From contig OZ224045.1 in the NCBI GenBank assembly GCA_963665325.3, positions 960,001-1,024,000 on the forward strand: a stretch of 64,000 bases of DNA, written 5' to 3'. Made by a program: the position numbers and the translations under genes. Origin of the DNA: Alphaproteobacteria bacterium (lineage in GTDB: Bacteria > Pseudomonadota > Alphaproteobacteria > Bin95). The notes under the pieces are model-generated. The model ran no database searches. It was not told the DNA's origin and worked only from the letters and a program-made list of their open reading frames with translations. Positions 35,683 through 50,281 of this stretch are shown piece after piece (within the stretch, counting starts at the first letter, position 1; the number at the start of each line of letters is the position of its first letter).

Positions 35683-36153
35683 ATGTCGCGCCGCCGTGCA
35701 GCAGAGAAACGCCAGCCGATTCCCGATCCGCGATACGGGGATGCGGTGATCTCGAAATTCGTCAGCTGCCTGATGCTGGACGGCAAGAAGTCCACGGCGG
35801 AACGGATCGTTTACGGGGCGCTGGAAAATGCAGAACGCCGCGCCGGCGTCGAAGCGCTGCAGGTCTTCCACGCCGCCCTCGACAATGTGCGGCCCAATCT
35901 CGAGGTGCGGTCCCGGCGGGTGGGTGGCGCGACCTACCAGGTGCCGGTCGAGGTACGTCCCGAGCGGGCGCAGGCGCTGGCGATCCGCTGGCTGATCGAC
36001 GTGGCACGCAAGCGGTCCGAGAAGACCATGGTCGACCGCCTCAGCGGCGAGTTGATCGACGCGATTAACCAGCGCGGCGCCGCGGTAAAGAAGCGCGAAG
36101 ACACGCACCGGATGGCCGAGGCCAACCGGGCCTTCTCGCACTACCGCTGGTAA
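35683..36153 (+). CDS. rpsG: 30S ribosomal protein S7
   Basis: [24 protein letters not shown]. Confidence 0.99.
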   Translation: MSRRRAAEKRQPIPDPRYGDAVISKFVSCLMLDGKKSTAERIVYGALENAERRAGVEALQVFHAALDNVRPNLEVRSRRVGGATYQVPVEVRPERAQALAIRWLIDVARKRSEKTMVDRLSGELIDAINQRGAAVKKREDTHRMAEANRAFSHYRW

Positions 36154-36178
36154 CGGACAGAGTCGGAGCACCCTGCCA

Positions 36179-38254
<2,076 letters not shown>

Positions 38255-38286
38255 CGGCGGGAAACGTAAAGAGGGGCTTGGAATCG

Positions 38287-39477
38287 ATGGGCAAGGCTCG
38301 GTTTGAGCGGACGAAGCCGCACTGCAACATAGGCACGATCGGCCATGTTGATCATGGCAAGACGACGCTTACGGCAGCGATCACGAAGATCCTTGCGGAG
38401 GCTGGCGGGGCAGAGTTCACGGCCTACGACCAGATTGACAAGGCTCCTGAGGAGAAGGCGCGGGGGATCACGATTTCGACGGCGCATGTAGAGTATGAGA
38501 CGGGTGCGCGTCACTATGCGCATGTGGATTGCCCGGGTCATGCGGACTATGTGAAGAACATGATCACGGGCGCTGCGCAGATGGACGGCGCGGTCCTGGT
38601 GGTGAGCGCAGCGGACGGCCCGATGCCGCAGACGCGCGAGCACATACTTCTGGCGCGTCAGGTTGGCGTTCCGGCCTTGGTTGTTTACCTGAACAAGGTC
38701 GATCAGGTTGATGACGAGGAGCTTCTGGAGCTTGTGGAGCTTGAGGTCCGGGAGCTTTTGTCGAGCTACGACTTTCCTGGCGACGACATTCCTGTGGTCA
38801 AGGGCTCTGCTTTGGCGGCGCTGGAGGACGGTGACGAGGCGCAGGGGCGCCAGTCGGTGCTGGATCTGATGGAGGCTGTGGATGAGTATGTTCCGCAGCC
38901 GGACCGTCCGAAGGACCGCCCGTTTCTGATGCCGATCGAGGATGTGTTTTCGATCTCGGGCCGGGGCACGGTTGTGACGGGGCGTGTTGAGCAGGGGATC
39001 GTGAAGGTCGGCGACGATGTTGAGATAGTGGGGCTGAAGGAGACATCGAAGACGGTGTGCACGGGCGTCGAGATGTTCCGGAAGCTTCTGGACCAGGGTG
39101 AGGCTGGCGACAATGTTGGGGTTCTGCTTCGCGGCACGAAGCGCGACGAGGTAGAGCGAGGCCAGGTATTGGCGCGTCCGGGCTCGATCCGCCCACACAC
39201 GAAGTTCCAGTGCGAGTGCTATGTTCTGACGAAGGACGAGGGTGGTCGGCACACGCCGTTTTTCTCGAACTACCGTCCGCAGTTTTACTTCCGCACGACG
39301 GATGTGACGGGGACGGTTGAGTTGCCGGAGGGTGTGGAGATGGTTCTTCCCGGTGACAACATCTCGATGGGAGTGAACCTTATCGCGCCGATAGCGATGG
39401 ACGAGGGCCTACGATTTGCGATCCGCGAGGGCGGGCGCACCGTCGGCGCCGGCGTCGTCGCATCAATCGACGACTGA
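38287..39477 (+). CDS. tuf: Elongation factor Tu (copy 2)
   Basis: Near-identical to 21950..23140, with 3 aa differences. Confidence 0.99.
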   Translation: MGKARFERTKPHCNIGTIGHVDHGKTTLTAAITKILAEAGGAEFTAYDQIDKAPEEKARGITISTAHVEYETGARHYAHVDCPGHADYVKNMITGAAQMDGAVLVVSAADGPMPQTREHILLARQVGVPALVVYLNKVDQVDDEELLELVELEVRELLSSYDFPGDDIPVVKGSALAALEDGDEAQGRQSVLDLMEAVDEYVPQPDRPKDRPFLMPIEDVFSISGRGTVVTGRVEQGIVKVGDDVEIVGLKETSKTVCTGVEMFRKLLDQGEAGDNVGVLLRGTKRDEVERGQVLARPGSIRPHTKFQCECYVLTKDEGGRHTPFFSNYRPQFYFRTTDVTGTVELPEGVEMVLPGDNISMGVNLIAPIAMDEGLRFAIREGGRTVGAGVVASIDD

Positions 39478-39511
39478 ACGCCCCGGACGCTGGAACGAGA
39501 GACCGAGTGCA

Positions 39512-39820
39512 ATGGATCACCAGAACATCCGCATACGCCTGAAGGCGTTCGATCACCGGGTTCTCGACCAGTCAACCGGCGAGATCGTGAGCACGGCGAA
39601 GCGCACCGGCGCACAGGTGCGCGGGCCGATCCCGCTGCCGGTGCGAATTCAGCGCTACACCGTGCTGCGCGGCCCGCATATCGACAAGAAAAGCCGCGAA
39701 CAGTTCGAGATGCGCACCCACCGCCGGGTGCTCGATATCGTCGACCCGACGCCGCAGACCGTGGACGCGCTGATGAAGCTCGATCTGGCGGCCGGCGTCG
39801 ATGTCGAGATCAAGGTCTGA
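39512..39820 (+). CDS. rpsJ: 30S ribosomal protein S10
   Basis: [19 protein letters not shown]. Confidence 0.98.
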   Translation: MDHQNIRIRLKAFDHRVLDQSTGEIVSTAKRTGAQVRGPIPLPVRIQRYTVLRGPHIDKKSREQFEMRTHRRVLDIVDPTPQTVDALMKLDLAAGVDVEIKV

Positions 39821-39836
39821 GGGAGGCTCGGGGTCG

Positions 39837-40550
39837 ATGCGAACCGGCGTCATTGCCCGCAAACTCGGCATGATGCGCATGTTTGCGGAAACGGGTGCGC
39901 ACGTACCGGTGACGGTGCTGTCGCTCGACCGGTGCCGCGTGGTTGCGCAGCGCCGCCGGGAGCCGGATGGCTACACGGCATTGCAGCTCGGCGCCGGCAT
40001 GGCGCGCACAAAGCGGGTTACGCAGCCGATGCGCGGCCATTTCGCGAAGGCGAAAGTCGAACCGGCAAAGCGCGTGGCCGAGTTTCGGGTATCGGAAGAG
40101 GCGCTGGTCGAGGTCGGGGCCGAACTTTCCGCTGACCATTTCGTCAAGGGTCAGCATGTCGATGTCTCCGGCACGAGCATCGGCAAGGGATTCGCGGGCG
40201 CGATGAAGCGGCATAATTTCGCCGGCCTCAGGGCATCGCATGGCGTGTCGGTCTCGCACCGCTCGCATGGCTCGACCGGCAACAGCCAGAATCCGGGCAA
40301 GGTCTGGAAAGGCAAGAAGATGGCCGGGCATATGGGCAATGCGCGCGCCACGGTGCAGAACCTCGAAGTAGTCGATACCGACGTCGAGCGCGGCCTCATC
40401 ATGGTCAGGGGCGCGGTGCCCGGCGCGACGGGCGGCTGGGTCCTGGTCTCGGATGCGCGCAAGCGCAAGCTGCCGGAAGGCGCGCCGTTCCCGGCCGGCC
40501 TCAAGGCGCCGGAAGAGGCCGAAACGGCGGCCGGCGAGAGCGGGGAGTAG
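39837..40550 (+). CDS. rplC: 50S ribosomal protein L3
   Basis: [19 protein letters not shown]. Confidence 0.98.
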   Translation: MRTGVIARKLGMMRMFAETGAHVPVTVLSLDRCRVVAQRRREPDGYTALQLGAGMARTKRVTQPMRGHFAKAKVEPAKRVAEFRVSEEALVEVGAELSADHFVKGQHVDVSGTSIGKGFAGAMKRHNFAGLRASHGVSVSHRSHGSTGNSQNPGKVWKGKKMAGHMGNARATVQNLEVVDTDVERGLIMVRGAVPGATGGWVLVSDARKRKLPEGAPFPAGLKAPEEAETAAGESGE

Positions 40551-40554
40551 GAAC

Positions 40555-41175
40555 ATGCAGCTCCCTGTCAGGGATTGGGACAACCGCGAGACCGGTAACA
40601 TCGAGCTTGCCGACGGCGTGTTCGGGGGCGAGGTGCGGCGCGACCTGCTGGCCCGCGTGGTGAACTGGCAGCGCGCGAAGAAGCGCGGCGGCGACCACAA
40701 GGTCAAGGAACGCAACGAGATCGCGCGGACGAAGTCCAAGATCTACCGCCAGAAGGGCACGGGCCGGGCGCGGCACGGGGCCGCGACGGCGAACGTCTTT
40801 CGGGGCGGCGGCGTTGCGCACGGGCCGAGAGTGCGCAGCCACGCGCACAAGCTGCCGAAGAAGGTCCGGGCGGCTGGGCTGCGCGCGGCGCTGGCGTCGA
40901 AGACCCAGGCCGGCAAGCTGATCGTGGTCGAGGACCTTGCGCTGGAGAACGGGCGCACGCGGGATCTTGCCAGGCGGCTTCGCGAGATGGAGCTTGCCTC
41001 TGCGCTGATCGTGGGCGGTGAGACGGTGGACGAGAATTTCCGGCGGGCCGCCGCCAATATCGTCGGCGTCGATGTGCTGCCGCGCATGGGCGCCAACGTC
41101 TATGACATCCTGCGGCGCGAGGTTCTGGTGCTGACCCGGGACGCGGCCGCGCATCTCGAGGAGCGCCTGTCATGA
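40555..41175 (+). CDS. rplD: 50S ribosomal protein L4
   Basis: [19 protein letters not shown]. Confidence 0.98.
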   Translation: MQLPVRDWDNRETGNIELADGVFGGEVRRDLLARVVNWQRAKKRGGDHKVKERNEIARTKSKIYRQKGTGRARHGAATANVFRGGGVAHGPRVRSHAHKLPKKVRAAGLRAALASKTQAGKLIVVEDLALENGRTRDLARRLREMELASALIVGGETVDENFRRAAANIVGVDVLPRMGANVYDILRREVLVLTRDAAAHLEERLS

Positions 41176-41504
41176 GCCGGGCCCGCGTCATCAGGGGACC
41201 GGCGCCCCGGATCGGCCGCGAGCGCATGCTCGCCGTGCTGCGGGCGCCCGTCGTGACCGAGAAATCGACCCTGATCGGCGAGCACAACCAGATCACCTTC
41301 CGGGTGGCGATGGACGCCACCAAGCCGGAAATCTTCCAGGCGGTCGAAGGGCTGTTTTCGGTGAAGGTGAAGAAGGTCAACACGCTGAGGGTCAAGGGCA
41401 AGACCAAACGGTTCCGGGGCATACCGGGTAAGCGCCCCGACTGGAAAAAGGCCGTCGTGACGCTCGAAGAGGGGCATTCGGTGGACGTGGCCACGGGGAT
41501 CTGA
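41172..41504 (+). CDS. rplW: 50S ribosomal protein L23
   Basis: PVVTEKS, KKAVVTL. Confidence 0.96.
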   Translation: MSRARVIRGPAPRIGRERMLAVLRAPVVTEKSTLIGEHNQITFRVAMDATKPEIFQAVEGLFSVKVKKVNTLRVKGKTKRFRGIPGKRPDWKKAVVTLEEGHSVDVATGI

Positions 41505-41508
41505 GGCG

Positions 41509-42348
41509 ATGGCGCTCAAGCATTACAATCCGACTTCGCCGGGCCGCCGCGGGCTCGTGCTCGTCGACCGCACGGGATTGCACAAGGGCAAGCCGGTCAA
41601 GGCATTGACCGAGGGGCTGACCGGGACCGGCGGGCGCAACAACCACGGGCGCACAACGGTGTTCTGGCGCGGCGGCGGCCACAAGCGCAAATACCGCCGG
41701 ATAGACTTCAAGCGGCGCAAATGGGACCAGTCGGCGGTCGTCGAGCGGCTGGAATACGATCCGAACCGCACGGCCTTCATTGCGCTTATCCGCTACGAGG
41801 ACGGCGAGCTCTCCTACATCCTGGCCCCGCAACGTCTCCAGCCGGGCGATTCAGTGGTTGCGGGCCGGGAGGTGGATGTGAAGCCTGGCAATGCGATGCC
41901 GCTGCGCCGGATTCCGGTCGGGACCATCGTCCACAATGTCGAGTTGAAGCCGGGCAAGGGCGGCCAGGTGGCGCGGGCCGCCGGGACCTATGTGCAGCTT
42001 GTCGGACGCGATGCCGGCATGGCGCGGCTGCGCTTCAGCTCGGGCGAGACGCGCATGGTGCCGCACGAGTGCATGGCATCCATCGGCGCCGTATCCAACT
42101 CGGACCACGGCAACCAGACGCTTGCCAAGGCAGGACGAAACCGCTGGCTCGGCCGGCGCCCGCATGTGCGCGGCGTGGTGATGAACCCGGTGGACCATCC
42201 GCATGGCGGCGGCGAGGGCCGGACCTCTGGCGGGCGCCATCCCGTGACGCCCTGGGGCAAGCCGACCAAGGGCCGCCGGACGCGGAGGAAGAAGGCTTCC
42301 GACAAGATGATCCTGCGCAGCCGTCACCGCGCAAAGACGAGAGGCTAG
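41509..42348 (+). CDS. rplB: 50S ribosomal protein L2
   Basis: [21 protein letters not shown]. Confidence 0.99.
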   Translation: MALKHYNPTSPGRRGLVLVDRTGLHKGKPVKALTEGLTGTGGRNNHGRTTVFWRGGGHKRKYRRIDFKRRKWDQSAVVERLEYDPNRTAFIALIRYEDGELSYILAPQRLQPGDSVVAGREVDVKPGNAMPLRRIPVGTIVHNVELKPGKGGQVARAAGTYVQLVGRDAGMARLRFSSGETRMVPHECMASIGAVSNSDHGNQTLAKAGRNRWLGRRPHVRGVVMNPVDHPHGGGEGRTSGGRHPVTPWGKPTKGRRTRRKKASDKMILRSRHRAKTRG

Positions 42349-42351
42349 GCC

Positions 42352-42630
42352 ATGTCGCGTTCGGTTTGGAAAGGCCCCTTCGTGGACGGCTATCTGCTGA
42401 AGAAGGCAGAGGCGGTGCGTGGGTCGGGGCGCAAGGAAGTGATCCGTACCTGGTCGAGGCGGTCGACGATCCTGCCGCAGTTCGTCGGCCTCACCTTCGG
42501 CGTCCACAACGGCCAGAAATTCCTGCCGGTGCTGGTCACCGAGGACATGGTCGGCCACAAATTCGGCGAGTTCGCCCCGACCCGGACCTTCTACGGGCAT
42601 GCGGCGGACAAGAAGGCGCGGCGGGGCTGA
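42352..42630 (+). CDS. rpsS: 30S ribosomal protein S19
   Basis: [21 protein letters not shown]. Confidence 0.99.
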   Translation: MSRSVWKGPFVDGYLLKKAEAVRGSGRKEVIRTWSRRSTILPQFVGLTFGVHNGQKFLPVLVTEDMVGHKFGEFAPTRTFYGHAADKKARRG

Positions 42631-42634
42631 GGCG

Positions 42635-43087
42635 ATGGGCAAACCCAAGGCAGAACCCCGCCTGGCGGAGAACGAGGCGCTGGCTTACGTGAAATATATC
42701 CGCACGAGCCCGCGCAAGCTGAACCTCGTTGCCGAGAGCATTCGCGGCCTGAGCGTCGAGGCGGCGCTCAATACGCTCGCCTTCTCGAAGAAGCGCGTGG
42801 CGGAGGATGTTCGCAAGGCGGTGCAGTCCGCGATCGCGAATGCGGAGAACAACCACGAGCTCGATATCGACCGGCTGGTCGTGGCCGAGGCGACGGTCGG
42901 GCGGACGATCGTCATGAAGCGGATGCGGCCTCGCGCGCGAGGCCGGGTCGGGCGGATCGAGAAGCCGTTCAGCAATCTCCGCATCGTGGTGCGGGAACTT
43001 CCCGACGAGGACGATCTGTTCGTCCCCGAAGACGGTGATGAAGTGCTCGTCGCGGACGACGGGGATGCGGCCGAGGAGCGTGTGTGA
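42635..43087 (+). CDS. rplV: 50S ribosomal protein L22 (acidic C-terminal extension)
   Basis: [24 protein letters not shown]. Confidence 0.97.
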   Translation: MGKPKAEPRLAENEALAYVKYIRTSPRKLNLVAESIRGLSVEAALNTLAFSKKRVAEDVRKAVQSAIANAENNHELDIDRLVVAEATVGRTIVMKRMRPRARGRVGRIEKPFSNLRIVVRELPDEDDLFVPEDGDEVLVADDGDAAEERV

Positions 43088-43770
43088 TGGGTCACAAAGT
43101 CAACCCGATCGGGCTTCGGCTCGGCATCAACCGGACTTGGAACTCGCGCTGGTATGCGGACCGCGACTATGGCGACCTGCTGCACGAGGACCTGCAGATC
43201 CGCGATTTCCTGGAGAAGCGCCTCCAGAATGCGGGCCTCTCCAAGATAATCATCGAGCGCCCGGCGAAGAAGGCGCGCGTCACGATCCACACCGCCCGCC
43301 CGGGCGTGGTGATCGGCAAGAAGGGCGCCGATATCGAAAGGTTGCGCATGGCGCTTGGACGGATGACGAACAGCGATGTCAACCTGAACATCGTCGAGAT
43401 CCGCAAGCCCGAGATCGACGCGAAGCTGGTGGCCGACAATATCGCCCAGCAGCTTGAGCGCCGCGTTGCGTTCCGGCGCGCGATGAAGCGGGCGGTGCAG
43501 TCGGCGATGCGCCTCGGCGCGCTCGGCATCCGCATCAATGTGGGCGGCCGGCTCGGCGGGGCGGAGATCGCGCGCACCGAGTGGTACCGCGAGGGCCGGG
43601 TGCCGCTGCACACTCTGCGGGCCGACATCGACTATGGCGAGGCAACCGCGAACACGACCTACGGCTCCTGCGGGGTCAAGGTCTGGGTGTTCAAGGGCGA
43701 GATCATGGCGCACGACCCGATGGCGCAGGACAAGCGGCTCGCGGAAGAACGCGCCGCGATGGGCCGCTGA
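43087..43770 (+). CDS. rpsC: 30S ribosomal protein S3
   Basis: [26 protein letters not shown]. Confidence 0.99.
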   Translation: MGHKVNPIGLRLGINRTWNSRWYADRDYGDLLHEDLQIRDFLEKRLQNAGLSKIIIERPAKKARVTIHTARPGVVIGKKGADIERLRMALGRMTNSDVNLNIVEIRKPEIDAKLVADNIAQQLERRVAFRRAMKRAVQSAMRLGALGIRINVGGRLGGAEIARTEWYREGRVPLHTLRADIDYGEATANTTYGSCGVKVWVFKGEIMAHDPMAQDKRLAEERAAMGR

Positions 43771-43782
43771 GGAGGCCGGGGG

Positions 43783-44196
43783 ATGCTGCAACCGAAGCGC
43801 ACGAAATACCGCAAGCGGCAGAAGGGGCGCATCCACGGCATGGCCAAGGGCGGCGCTACGCTGAATTTCGGCAGCTACGGGCTCAAGGCTGCGGCGCCGG
43901 CCAGGATCACCGCACGGCAGATCGAGGCCGCCCGGCGCACCATCACCCGCCGGATGCGCCGCGCGGGCAAGGTGTGGATCCGCATCTTCCCGGATGTGCC
44001 GGTTTCGACCAAGCCGGCGGAGGTCCGGATGGGCAAGGGCAAGGGTTCGCCGGAATACTGGGTGGCGAAGGTCAAGCCCGGTCGGATCATGTTCGAACTC
44101 GACGGCGTGCCGGAGACCGTGGCCCGCGACGCCTTTGCGCTGGCTTCCGCCAAACTGCCGATAGCGACCCGTGTGGTCGTCCGCGACGGAGCCTGA
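43783..44196 (+). CDS. rplP: 50S ribosomal protein L16
   Basis: [18 protein letters not shown]. Confidence 0.99.
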   Translation: MLQPKRTKYRKRQKGRIHGMAKGGATLNFGSYGLKAAAPARITARQIEAARRTITRRMRRAGKVWIRIFPDVPVSTKPAEVRMGKGKGSPEYWVAKVKPGRIMFELDGVPETVARDAFALASAKLPIATRVVVRDGA

Positions 44197-44201
44197 GCGC
44201 C

Positions 44202-44405
44202 ATGAAAGCGATAGACGTGCGTGCACGGACCGCAGACGAGCTCTCGGAGCTTCTGGTGGATCTCCAGAAGGCAGCATTCAATCTGCGCTTCCAGAGGGCG
44301 TCGGGCCAGCTCGAAAACACCGCCGAGATACGCCAGGTACGCCGCGACATCGCCCGGATCAAGACGGTCCTCGGCGAAAAAAACCGCGCCGCGGCCGGGG
44401 CCTGA
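44202..44405 (+). CDS. rpmC: 50S ribosomal protein L29
   Basis: [24 protein letters not shown]. Confidence 0.97.
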   Translation: MKAIDVRARTADELSELLVDLQKAAFNLRFQRASGQLENTAEIRQVRRDIARIKTVLGEKNRAAAGA

Positions 44406-44418
44406 GGACGACACTGTC

Positions 44419-44685
44419 ATGCCGAAACGAATCCTGCAGGGCGTCGTGGTCAGCGACAAGATGGACAAGACGATCATCGTCCGCGTCGACCGCCGCGTTC
44501 GCCATCCGCTCTACAAGAAGTTCATCACGCGCTCGAAGAAGTTCGCCGCGCATGACGAGGAAAACCGCTATCGCGAAGGCGATACCGTGCGGATCGAGGA
44601 GCACCGTCCGATCTCGAGGCGCAAGCGCTGGACAGCGCTCAGCCGCGCGGGCGGGGGACGGGCGTCCGGGGAGGCCGGGGCATGA
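44419..44685 (+). CDS. rpsQ: 30S ribosomal protein S17
   Basis: [21 protein letters not shown]. Confidence 0.98.
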   Translation: MPKRILQGVVVSDKMDKTIIVRVDRRVRHPLYKKFITRSKKFAAHDEENRYREGDTVRIEEHRPISRRKRWTALSRAGGGRASGEAGA

Positions 44686-45050
44686 TCCAGGTCGAGACCA
44701 ATCTCGATGTCGCCGACAACTCCGGCGCGCGCCGGGTGCAGTGCATCCGGGTGCTGGGAGGCACGGGCCGCCGCTCGGCGTCGGTGGGCGATATCATCGT
44801 CGTCTCGGTCAAGGAGGCGATCCCGCGCGGCCGCGTGCGCAAGGGCGAAATCCGCCGCGCCGTGGTGGTGCGCACCAAGAAGGAAGTGACCCGCCCCGAC
44901 GGCACGGCAATCCGGTTCGACCGCAATGCCGCGGTCATCCTGAGCCCGCAGAACGAACCGGTGGGCACGCGCATCTTCGGCCCGGTAACGCGGGAGCTGC
45001 GCGCCAAGCGCTTCATGAAGATCATCTCGCTCGCCCCGGAGGTGCTGTGA
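44682..45050 (+). CDS. rplN: 50S ribosomal protein L14
   Basis: [18 protein letters not shown]. Confidence 0.99.
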   Translation: MIQVETNLDVADNSGARRVQCIRVLGGTGRRSASVGDIIVVSVKEAIPRGRVRKGEIRRAVVVRTKKEVTRPDGTAIRFDRNAAVILSPQNEPVGTRIFGPVTRELRAKRFMKIISLAPEVL

Positions 45051-45367
45051 TGGCCGCGCGTATTCGCAAGGGCGACCGGGTGGCGGTGCTGACCGGACGC
45101 GACCGGGGCAAGCGCGGAGAAGTGTTGCGCGTGCTGCCGGACAAGGAGCGCGCCGTGGTCCAGGGCGTCAATCTGGTCGCCAAGCACCGTCGCGGCAGCG
45201 CCCAGGGGCCGGGCGGCGTCGAGCAGATCGAGGCGACAGTCCACCTTTCCAATCTCGCCCATATCGACCCCGAAACCGACAAGCCGACCCGCGTCGGGTT
45301 CCGCAAGCTGGAAGACGGCCGCAAGGTCCGCTTCGCGCGCGGTTCCGACACGGTCATCGACCGTTAG
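45050..45367 (+). CDS. rplX: 50S ribosomal protein L24
   Basis: [21 protein letters not shown] motif. Confidence 0.97.
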   Translation: MAARIRKGDRVAVLTGRDRGKRGEVLRVLPDKERAVVQGVNLVAKHRRGSAQGPGGVEQIEATVHLSNLAHIDPETDKPTRVGFRKLEDGRKVRFARGSDTVIDR

Positions 45368-45380
45368 GAGCTGGCGCGAC

Positions 45381-45920
45381 ATGCCTCGTCTCCAGGACAT
45401 ATACCGCGAAGCCGTGCGCCCGGCGCTGATCGAGCAGTTCGCCTACAACAACCCGATGCAGGTGCCGGCGCTCGAGAAGATCGTGCTGAACATGGGCGTC
45501 GGCGAAGCCGTGGGCGACAGCAAGAAGATCGAGGCTGCGGTCGCCGACCTGACGGCCATCTCCGGGCAGAAGCCCATCGTCACGCGGGCACGGAAATCGA
45601 TCGCCGCCTTCAAGCTGCGCGAGGGAATGACGATCGGCTGCAAGGTCACTCTGCGCCGGACGCGGATGTGGGAGTTCTTCGACCGGCTGACGACCATCGC
45701 GCTGCCGCGCGTGCGCGACTTCCGCGGCGTGTCGCCCCGGGCGTTCGACGGTCGCGGCAACTATTCGCTCGGAATCCGGGAGCAGATCATCTTTCCCGAG
45801 ATTTCCTACGACAGGGTCGATGCAATTCGCGGCATGAACATCGTCATCTGCACCACGGCCCGCACCAACGAGGAAGCGCGGGCCCTGCTCGGCGGCCTCA
45901 ACTTGCCGTTCGAGCGATAA
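45381..45920 (+). CDS. rplE: 50S ribosomal protein L5
   Basis: [25 protein letters not shown]. Confidence 0.99.
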   Translation: MPRLQDIYREAVRPALIEQFAYNNPMQVPALEKIVLNMGVGEAVGDSKKIEAAVADLTAISGQKPIVTRARKSIAAFKLREGMTIGCKVTLRRTRMWEFFDRLTTIALPRVRDFRGVSPRAFDGRGNYSLGIREQIIFPEISYDRVDAIRGMNIVICTTARTNEEARALLGGLNLPFER

Positions 45921-45944
45921 GCGCGAGGGAGGACAGGAACGCCC

Positions 45945-46250
45945 ATGGCCAAGGTCAGCATGGTGGAGCGGGACAAGAAACGCCGCCAGCTCGCGGCGCG
46001 GTATGCGAAGCGGCGCGCAGCCCTGCGCGCCGAAGTGCGCGACCCATCTCTCGCGCCCGATGAGCGCTTCGCCGCGTCGCTGAAGCTCGCGGCCATGCCG
46101 CGCAACGGCGCCAAGGTGCGGTTGCGCAACCGTTGCGAGTTGTCCGGGCGGCCGCGCGGCTATTATCGCAAATTTCGCCTGTCGCGAATTGCACTTCGCG
46201 AACTGGCGTCGCGGGGGCAGGTGCCCGGCGTCGTCAAGGCAAGCTGGTAG
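45945..46250 (+). CDS. rpsN: 30S ribosomal protein S14 (long, Zn-independent type)
   Basis: [20 protein letters not shown]. Confidence 0.98.
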   Translation: MAKVSMVERDKKRRQLAARYAKRRAALRAEVRDPSLAPDERFAASLKLAAMPRNGAKVRLRNRCELSGRPRGYYRKFRLSRIALRELASRGQVPGVVKASW

Positions 46251-46269
46251 GAAAGGAGGCGGCCATCCC

Positions 46270-46665
46270 ATGTCGATGAGCGATCCTCTCGGCGATATGC
46301 TCACCCGCATCCGCAACGGGCAGCGGGCCGGCAAGCCGCATGTCGTGTCGCCGAAGTCCAAGCTGCGCATGAACGTGCTGCAGGTGCTGGCGCGCGAGGG
46401 CTATATCCGCAACTACGAAGAAAGCCACCAGGGGTCGGCCGGCGAGTTGCGCATCGAGCTCAAATATTACGAAGGCCAGCCTGTGATCCGCTCGATCCAG
46501 CGGGTCTCGAAGCCGGGCCGGCGGGTCTATTCCCGGATCAAGGACCTCAAGCCCTTCAACAACGGGCTGGGCATCCAGATCCTGTCCACGCCGCGGGGCG
46601 TCATGTCGGACCACGAGGCGCGGTCCTTCAATGTCGGCGGCGAAGTGCTCTGTCAGGTGTTCTGA
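46270..46665 (+). CDS. rpsH: 30S ribosomal protein S8
   Basis: [25 protein letters not shown]. Confidence 0.98.
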   Translation: MSMSDPLGDMLTRIRNGQRAGKPHVVSPKSKLRMNVLQVLAREGYIRNYEESHQGSAGELRIELKYYEGQPVIRSIQRVSKPGRRVYSRIKDLKPFNNGLGIQILSTPRGVMSDHEARSFNVGGEVLCQVF

Positions 46666-47201
46666 TGTCTCGCATAGGCAAGAATCCCGTCGCGATCCCC
46701 GACGGGGCCGAGGTCCGCTACGAAGGCGCCGTGTTGAGCGCGAAGGGCCGGCTCGGCGAACTCAGTTTCCCGGTTTCGGAAGACCTGGTCGAGGTCGAAC
46801 TGGCCGACGGCCGGATCGCGGTGCGGCCTCGCGACGAGTCGAAACAGGCCCGCGCCATGTGGGGCACGACCCGGGCGCTCGCGCAGAATATCGTCACGGG
46901 CGTCAGCCAGGGTTTCACCCGCAATCTGGAGATCACCGGCGTCGGCTACCGCGCCGAGGTGAGGGACCGGGTTCTGGTGTTGTCGCTCGGCTACAGCCAT
47001 CCGGTAGAATATTCGATCCCGGAGGGGATCGAGATCGTCTGCCAGCGCCCGACGGCCATTTCCGTCAGCGGTGCCGACCGGCAGCGCGTAGGGCAGGTTG
47101 CAGCTGAAATCCGTGCCTGGCGCAAGCCCGAGCCCTACAAGGGCAAGGGCGTGAGGTATGAGGGCGAATATGTCTTCCGCAAGGAAGGCAAGAAGAAGTA
47201 G
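46665..47201 (+). CDS. rplF: 50S ribosomal protein L6
   Basis: MSRIGK, PEPYKGKG. Confidence 0.99.
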   Translation: MSRIGKNPVAIPDGAEVRYEGAVLSAKGRLGELSFPVSEDLVEVELADGRIAVRPRDESKQARAMWGTTRALAQNIVTGVSQGFTRNLEITGVGYRAEVRDRVLVLSLGYSHPVEYSIPEGIEIVCQRPTAISVSGADRQRVGQVAAEIRAWRKPEPYKGKGVRYEGEYVFRKEGKKK

Positions 47202-47210
47202 AGGCGGGCG

Positions 47211-47570
47211 ATGCTGACGACACGGGAACTCTTCGAGCGGCGCAGACGGCGTGTGCGCTACAGCCTGAGAAAGGCCGGCGACGGACGGCCGCGCCTGTCG
47301 GTGTTCCGTTCCAACCGCTATATCTACGCGCAGATCGTGGACGACCGGCAAGGCAAGACGCTGGTTGCCGCCTCTTCGCTGGAGAAGGACCTGCGCGAAG
47401 GGCCCGGCACCGGCAACCGTGATGCGGCCCAGGCCGTGGGCGCGAGGCTGGCCGAGCGTGCGGTGGCGGCAGGCGTGAAGGAAATCGTCTTCGACCGCAG
47501 CGGCTACAAGTATCATGGACGGGTCAAGGCGCTCGCCGACGCGGCCCGCGAGGGCGGCCTGTCGTTCTGA
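47211..47570 (+). CDS. rplR: 50S ribosomal protein L18
   Basis: [22 protein letters not shown]. Confidence 0.98.
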   Translation: MLTTRELFERRRRRVRYSLRKAGDGRPRLSVFRSNRYIYAQIVDDRQGKTLVAASSLEKDLREGPGTGNRDAAQAVGARLAERAVAAGVKEIVFDRSGYKYHGRVKALADAAREGGLSF

Positions 47571-47610
47571 CGGGGCCGTAGGCAGGAGCGCAGGAGGAAG
47601 ACGGAGCAGT

Positions 47611-48198
47611 ATGGCACGGGGACCGAGGTCGGATCGCGGACGCGACCGCGAAGAGAGCGAGTTCATTGAGAAACTCGTCTCGATTAACCGCGTCGCGAAG
47701 GTTGTGAAGGGGGGCCGGCGGTTCGGCTTCTCGGCGCTGGTCGTCGCAGGCGATGGCCAGGGGCGTGCGGGTGTGGGCGCCGGCAAGGCGCGCGAGGTGC
47801 CCGAGGCCATCCGCAAGGCGACCGAACGCGCCAAGCGCACGATGCGCCGGGTGCCGCTGAAGGACGGGCGCACCCTCCATCACGATGTGCGCGGGCGATT
47901 TGGCGCCGGCCGGGTGGTGCTGCGTGCGGCGCCGCAGGGCACCGGCGTCATCGCCGGCGGACCGATGCGCGCCGTGTTCGAGGCGCTTGGCATCCAGGAT
48001 GTGGTGGCCAAGTCGCTGGGCACTTCCAACCCGCACAATATGGTGAAGGCCACTTTCGAGGCGCTTTCCCGCACGGCCAGCCCGCGCATGGTCGCGCAGC
48101 GGCGGGGCAAACGCCCCTCGGACCTGTTCGGGCCTCGGGCGCCCGCCGACGAATCCGCAGAGGCAGATGCGCCGGCGGAGGCTGCCGAAAATGAATGA
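47611..48198 (+). CDS. rpsE: 30S ribosomal protein S5
   Basis: [22 protein letters not shown]. Confidence 0.98.
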   Translation: MARGPRSDRGRDREESEFIEKLVSINRVAKVVKGGRRFGFSALVVAGDGQGRAGVGAGKAREVPEAIRKATERAKRTMRRVPLKDGRTLHHDVRGRFGAGRVVLRAAPQGTGVIAGGPMRAVFEALGIQDVVAKSLGTSNPHNMVKATFEALSRTASPRMVAQRRGKRPSDLFGPRAPADESAEADAPAEAAENE

Positions 48199-48388
48199 CG
48201 GGGCCGCGAAACGTGTGAAGGTCACGCAGACGGGTTCGCCGATCCGGCGGCCGAGGGTGCAGCGTGAGACGCTGATCGGTCTCGGGCTGAACAAGATGAA
48301 CCGGTCCCGTATCCTGGAGGACACGCCGGCTGTGAGGGGCATGATCGCCAAGGTGCGGCACATGGTGCGCGTGGAAGAGGTTGAATGA
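48191..48388 (+). CDS. rpmD: 50S ribosomal protein L30
   Basis: [21 protein letters not shown]. Confidence 0.96.
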   Translation: MNDGAAKRVKVTQTGSPIRRPRVQRETLIGLGLNKMNRSRILEDTPAVRGMIAKVRHMVRVEEVE

Positions 48389-48434
48389 TGGCGGGCCACC
48401 CCCGATTTGACGGGTGAGCGAGGACGAAGACGCG

Positions 48435-48914
48435 ATGAAGCTGAACGAACTCTCGGATAACCCGGGCGCCCGCAAGACGGCCAAGCGCGTCGGGCGCGGT
48501 ATCGGTTCCGGCAAGGGCAAGACCTCCGGACGCGGCGTCAAGGGCCAGAAGTCCCGAAGCGGCGTTGCGCTCAACGGTTTCGAGGGCGGCCAGATGCCGC
48601 TCTACCGAAGGCTGCCGAAGCGGGGCTTCAACAACTACCGGTTCCGCGCGCGCTACCAGGCGGTCAATCTCGGCCGCCTGCAGGTCGCGGTGGAAGCCGG
48701 CAAGCTGGACCCGGCCGAGCCGGTGGATGCGGCGGCGCTCGTCGCCTCCGGCGTCGTGCGCCGGCCGCGCGACGGCATCAGGCTGCTTGCCGGAGGCGAA
48801 CTCAAGTCAGGGCTCGACCTTCGGGTGGCCGGCGCTTCCAGGGCCGCGGTCGCCGCGGTGGAGGCGGCGGGCGGCACCGTGACGGTGCTGAACGCAGCAC
48901 CGGCGGAAGGGTAA
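48435..48914 (+). CDS. rplO: 50S ribosomal protein L15
   Basis: [30 protein letters not shown]. Confidence 0.98.
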   Translation: MKLNELSDNPGARKTAKRVGRGIGSGKGKTSGRGVKGQKSRSGVALNGFEGGQMPLYRRLPKRGFNNYRFRARYQAVNLGRLQVAVEAGKLDPAEPVDAAALVASGVVRRPRDGIRLLAGGELKSGLDLRVAGASRAAVAAVEAAGGTVTVLNAAPAEG

Positions 48915-48923
48915 CGGGGAACC

Positions 48924-50281
48924 ATGGCTTCCGCCGCCGAGCGGCTTGCGGCCAATGTGAACTTCGGCGCCTTCGCCAAGGCGACGGAGCTGAAGAAACG
49001 CATCTGGTTCACGCTCGGCGCGCTGATCGTTTACCGCTTCGGCACCTACATACCGATCCCGGGCGTCGATGCGTCGATCCTGGCGGAGGTGTTCGCCCAG
49101 CAGCAGGGCGGCGTGCTCGGCCTGTTCGACATGTTCGCCGGTGGCGCGCTCAGCCGGATGAGCATCTTCGCCCTCAACATCATGCCCTACATATCCGCGG
49201 CGATCATCATGCAGTTGCTGACCGCCGTCAGCCCGAAGCTTGAAGCCCTGAGAAGGAAGGCGAATCGGGCCGGAAGAAGATCAACCAGTACACCCGCTAC
49301 GGCACGGTGCTGCTGGCGGCGGTGCAGGGCTTCGGGCTTGCAAGCGGCCTGGAGGCGATGGCGGGGCCGTCGGGATCGGCCGTGCTGATCCCGGGTCTGT
49401 TCTTCAAGTTCACCACGGTCGTGACCATCGTCGGCGGCACGGTCTTCCTGATGTGGCTCGGCGAGCAGATCACCCAGCGCGGCGTCGGCAACGGCATCTC
49501 GCTCATCATATTCTCGGGCATTGTAGCGAACTTGCCGCTCGCGCTCGGGCAGATGTTCGAGCTTGGCCGGACGGGTCAGATGTCCACGGCCTTCATTCTG
49601 GGCCTGTTGGCGATGGCGGTGGCAGTGGTCGCCTTTATCGTTTTCATGGAGCGGGCCCAGCGGCGTCTGATCGTCCAGTATCCCAAGCGCCAGGTGGGCA
49701 ACCGCATGTATGGCGGCGACAGCTCCCACCTGCCGCTGAAGCTGAATACCGCTGGCGTCATTCCGCCGATCTTCGCAAGTTCGCTGCTGCTGATGCCGCT
49801 GACCATCGCGCAGTTCAGCGCGGCCGGCGCGACGCCGGGCGGCGAGGAGGGCGTGCTCGGCATTGTCGCCGCCTATCTCGGGCACGGCCAACCGCTCTAT
49901 CTGGCGCTGTACACGGCGATGATCGTGTTTTTCTGCTTCTTCTACACCGCGATCGTGTTCAATCCGGAGGAGACGGCGGAAAACCTGAAGCGTTACAACG
50001 GGTTCATTCCCGGCATCCGGCCCGGCAAGAATACCGCCGTCTATCTCGACTATGTGCTGACCCGGCTGACGACGGTCGGCGCCGCCTATCTGGCGCTGGT
50101 CTGCCTGCTGCCGGAGATTCTGATCTCCCAATACGCCGTGCCGTTCTATTTCGGCGGGACCAGCCTGCTCATCGTCGTCAATGTGACGATGGACACGGTA
50201 GCGCAGGTGCAGAGCCACCTGATCGCGCACCAGTATGAGGGTCTGATCAAGAAGTCGCGCCTGCGGGGACGGCGAAGATGA
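48924..50281 (+). CDS. secY: Preprotein translocase SecY (1-nt frameshift near 49251 in this sequence)
   Basis: Two overlapping ORFs (48924..49388, 49307..50281) both encode SecY. Adding one A at CTG-AG-AAG restores LKKEGESGRKKINQYTRY and a 452-aa product. Confidence 0.95.
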
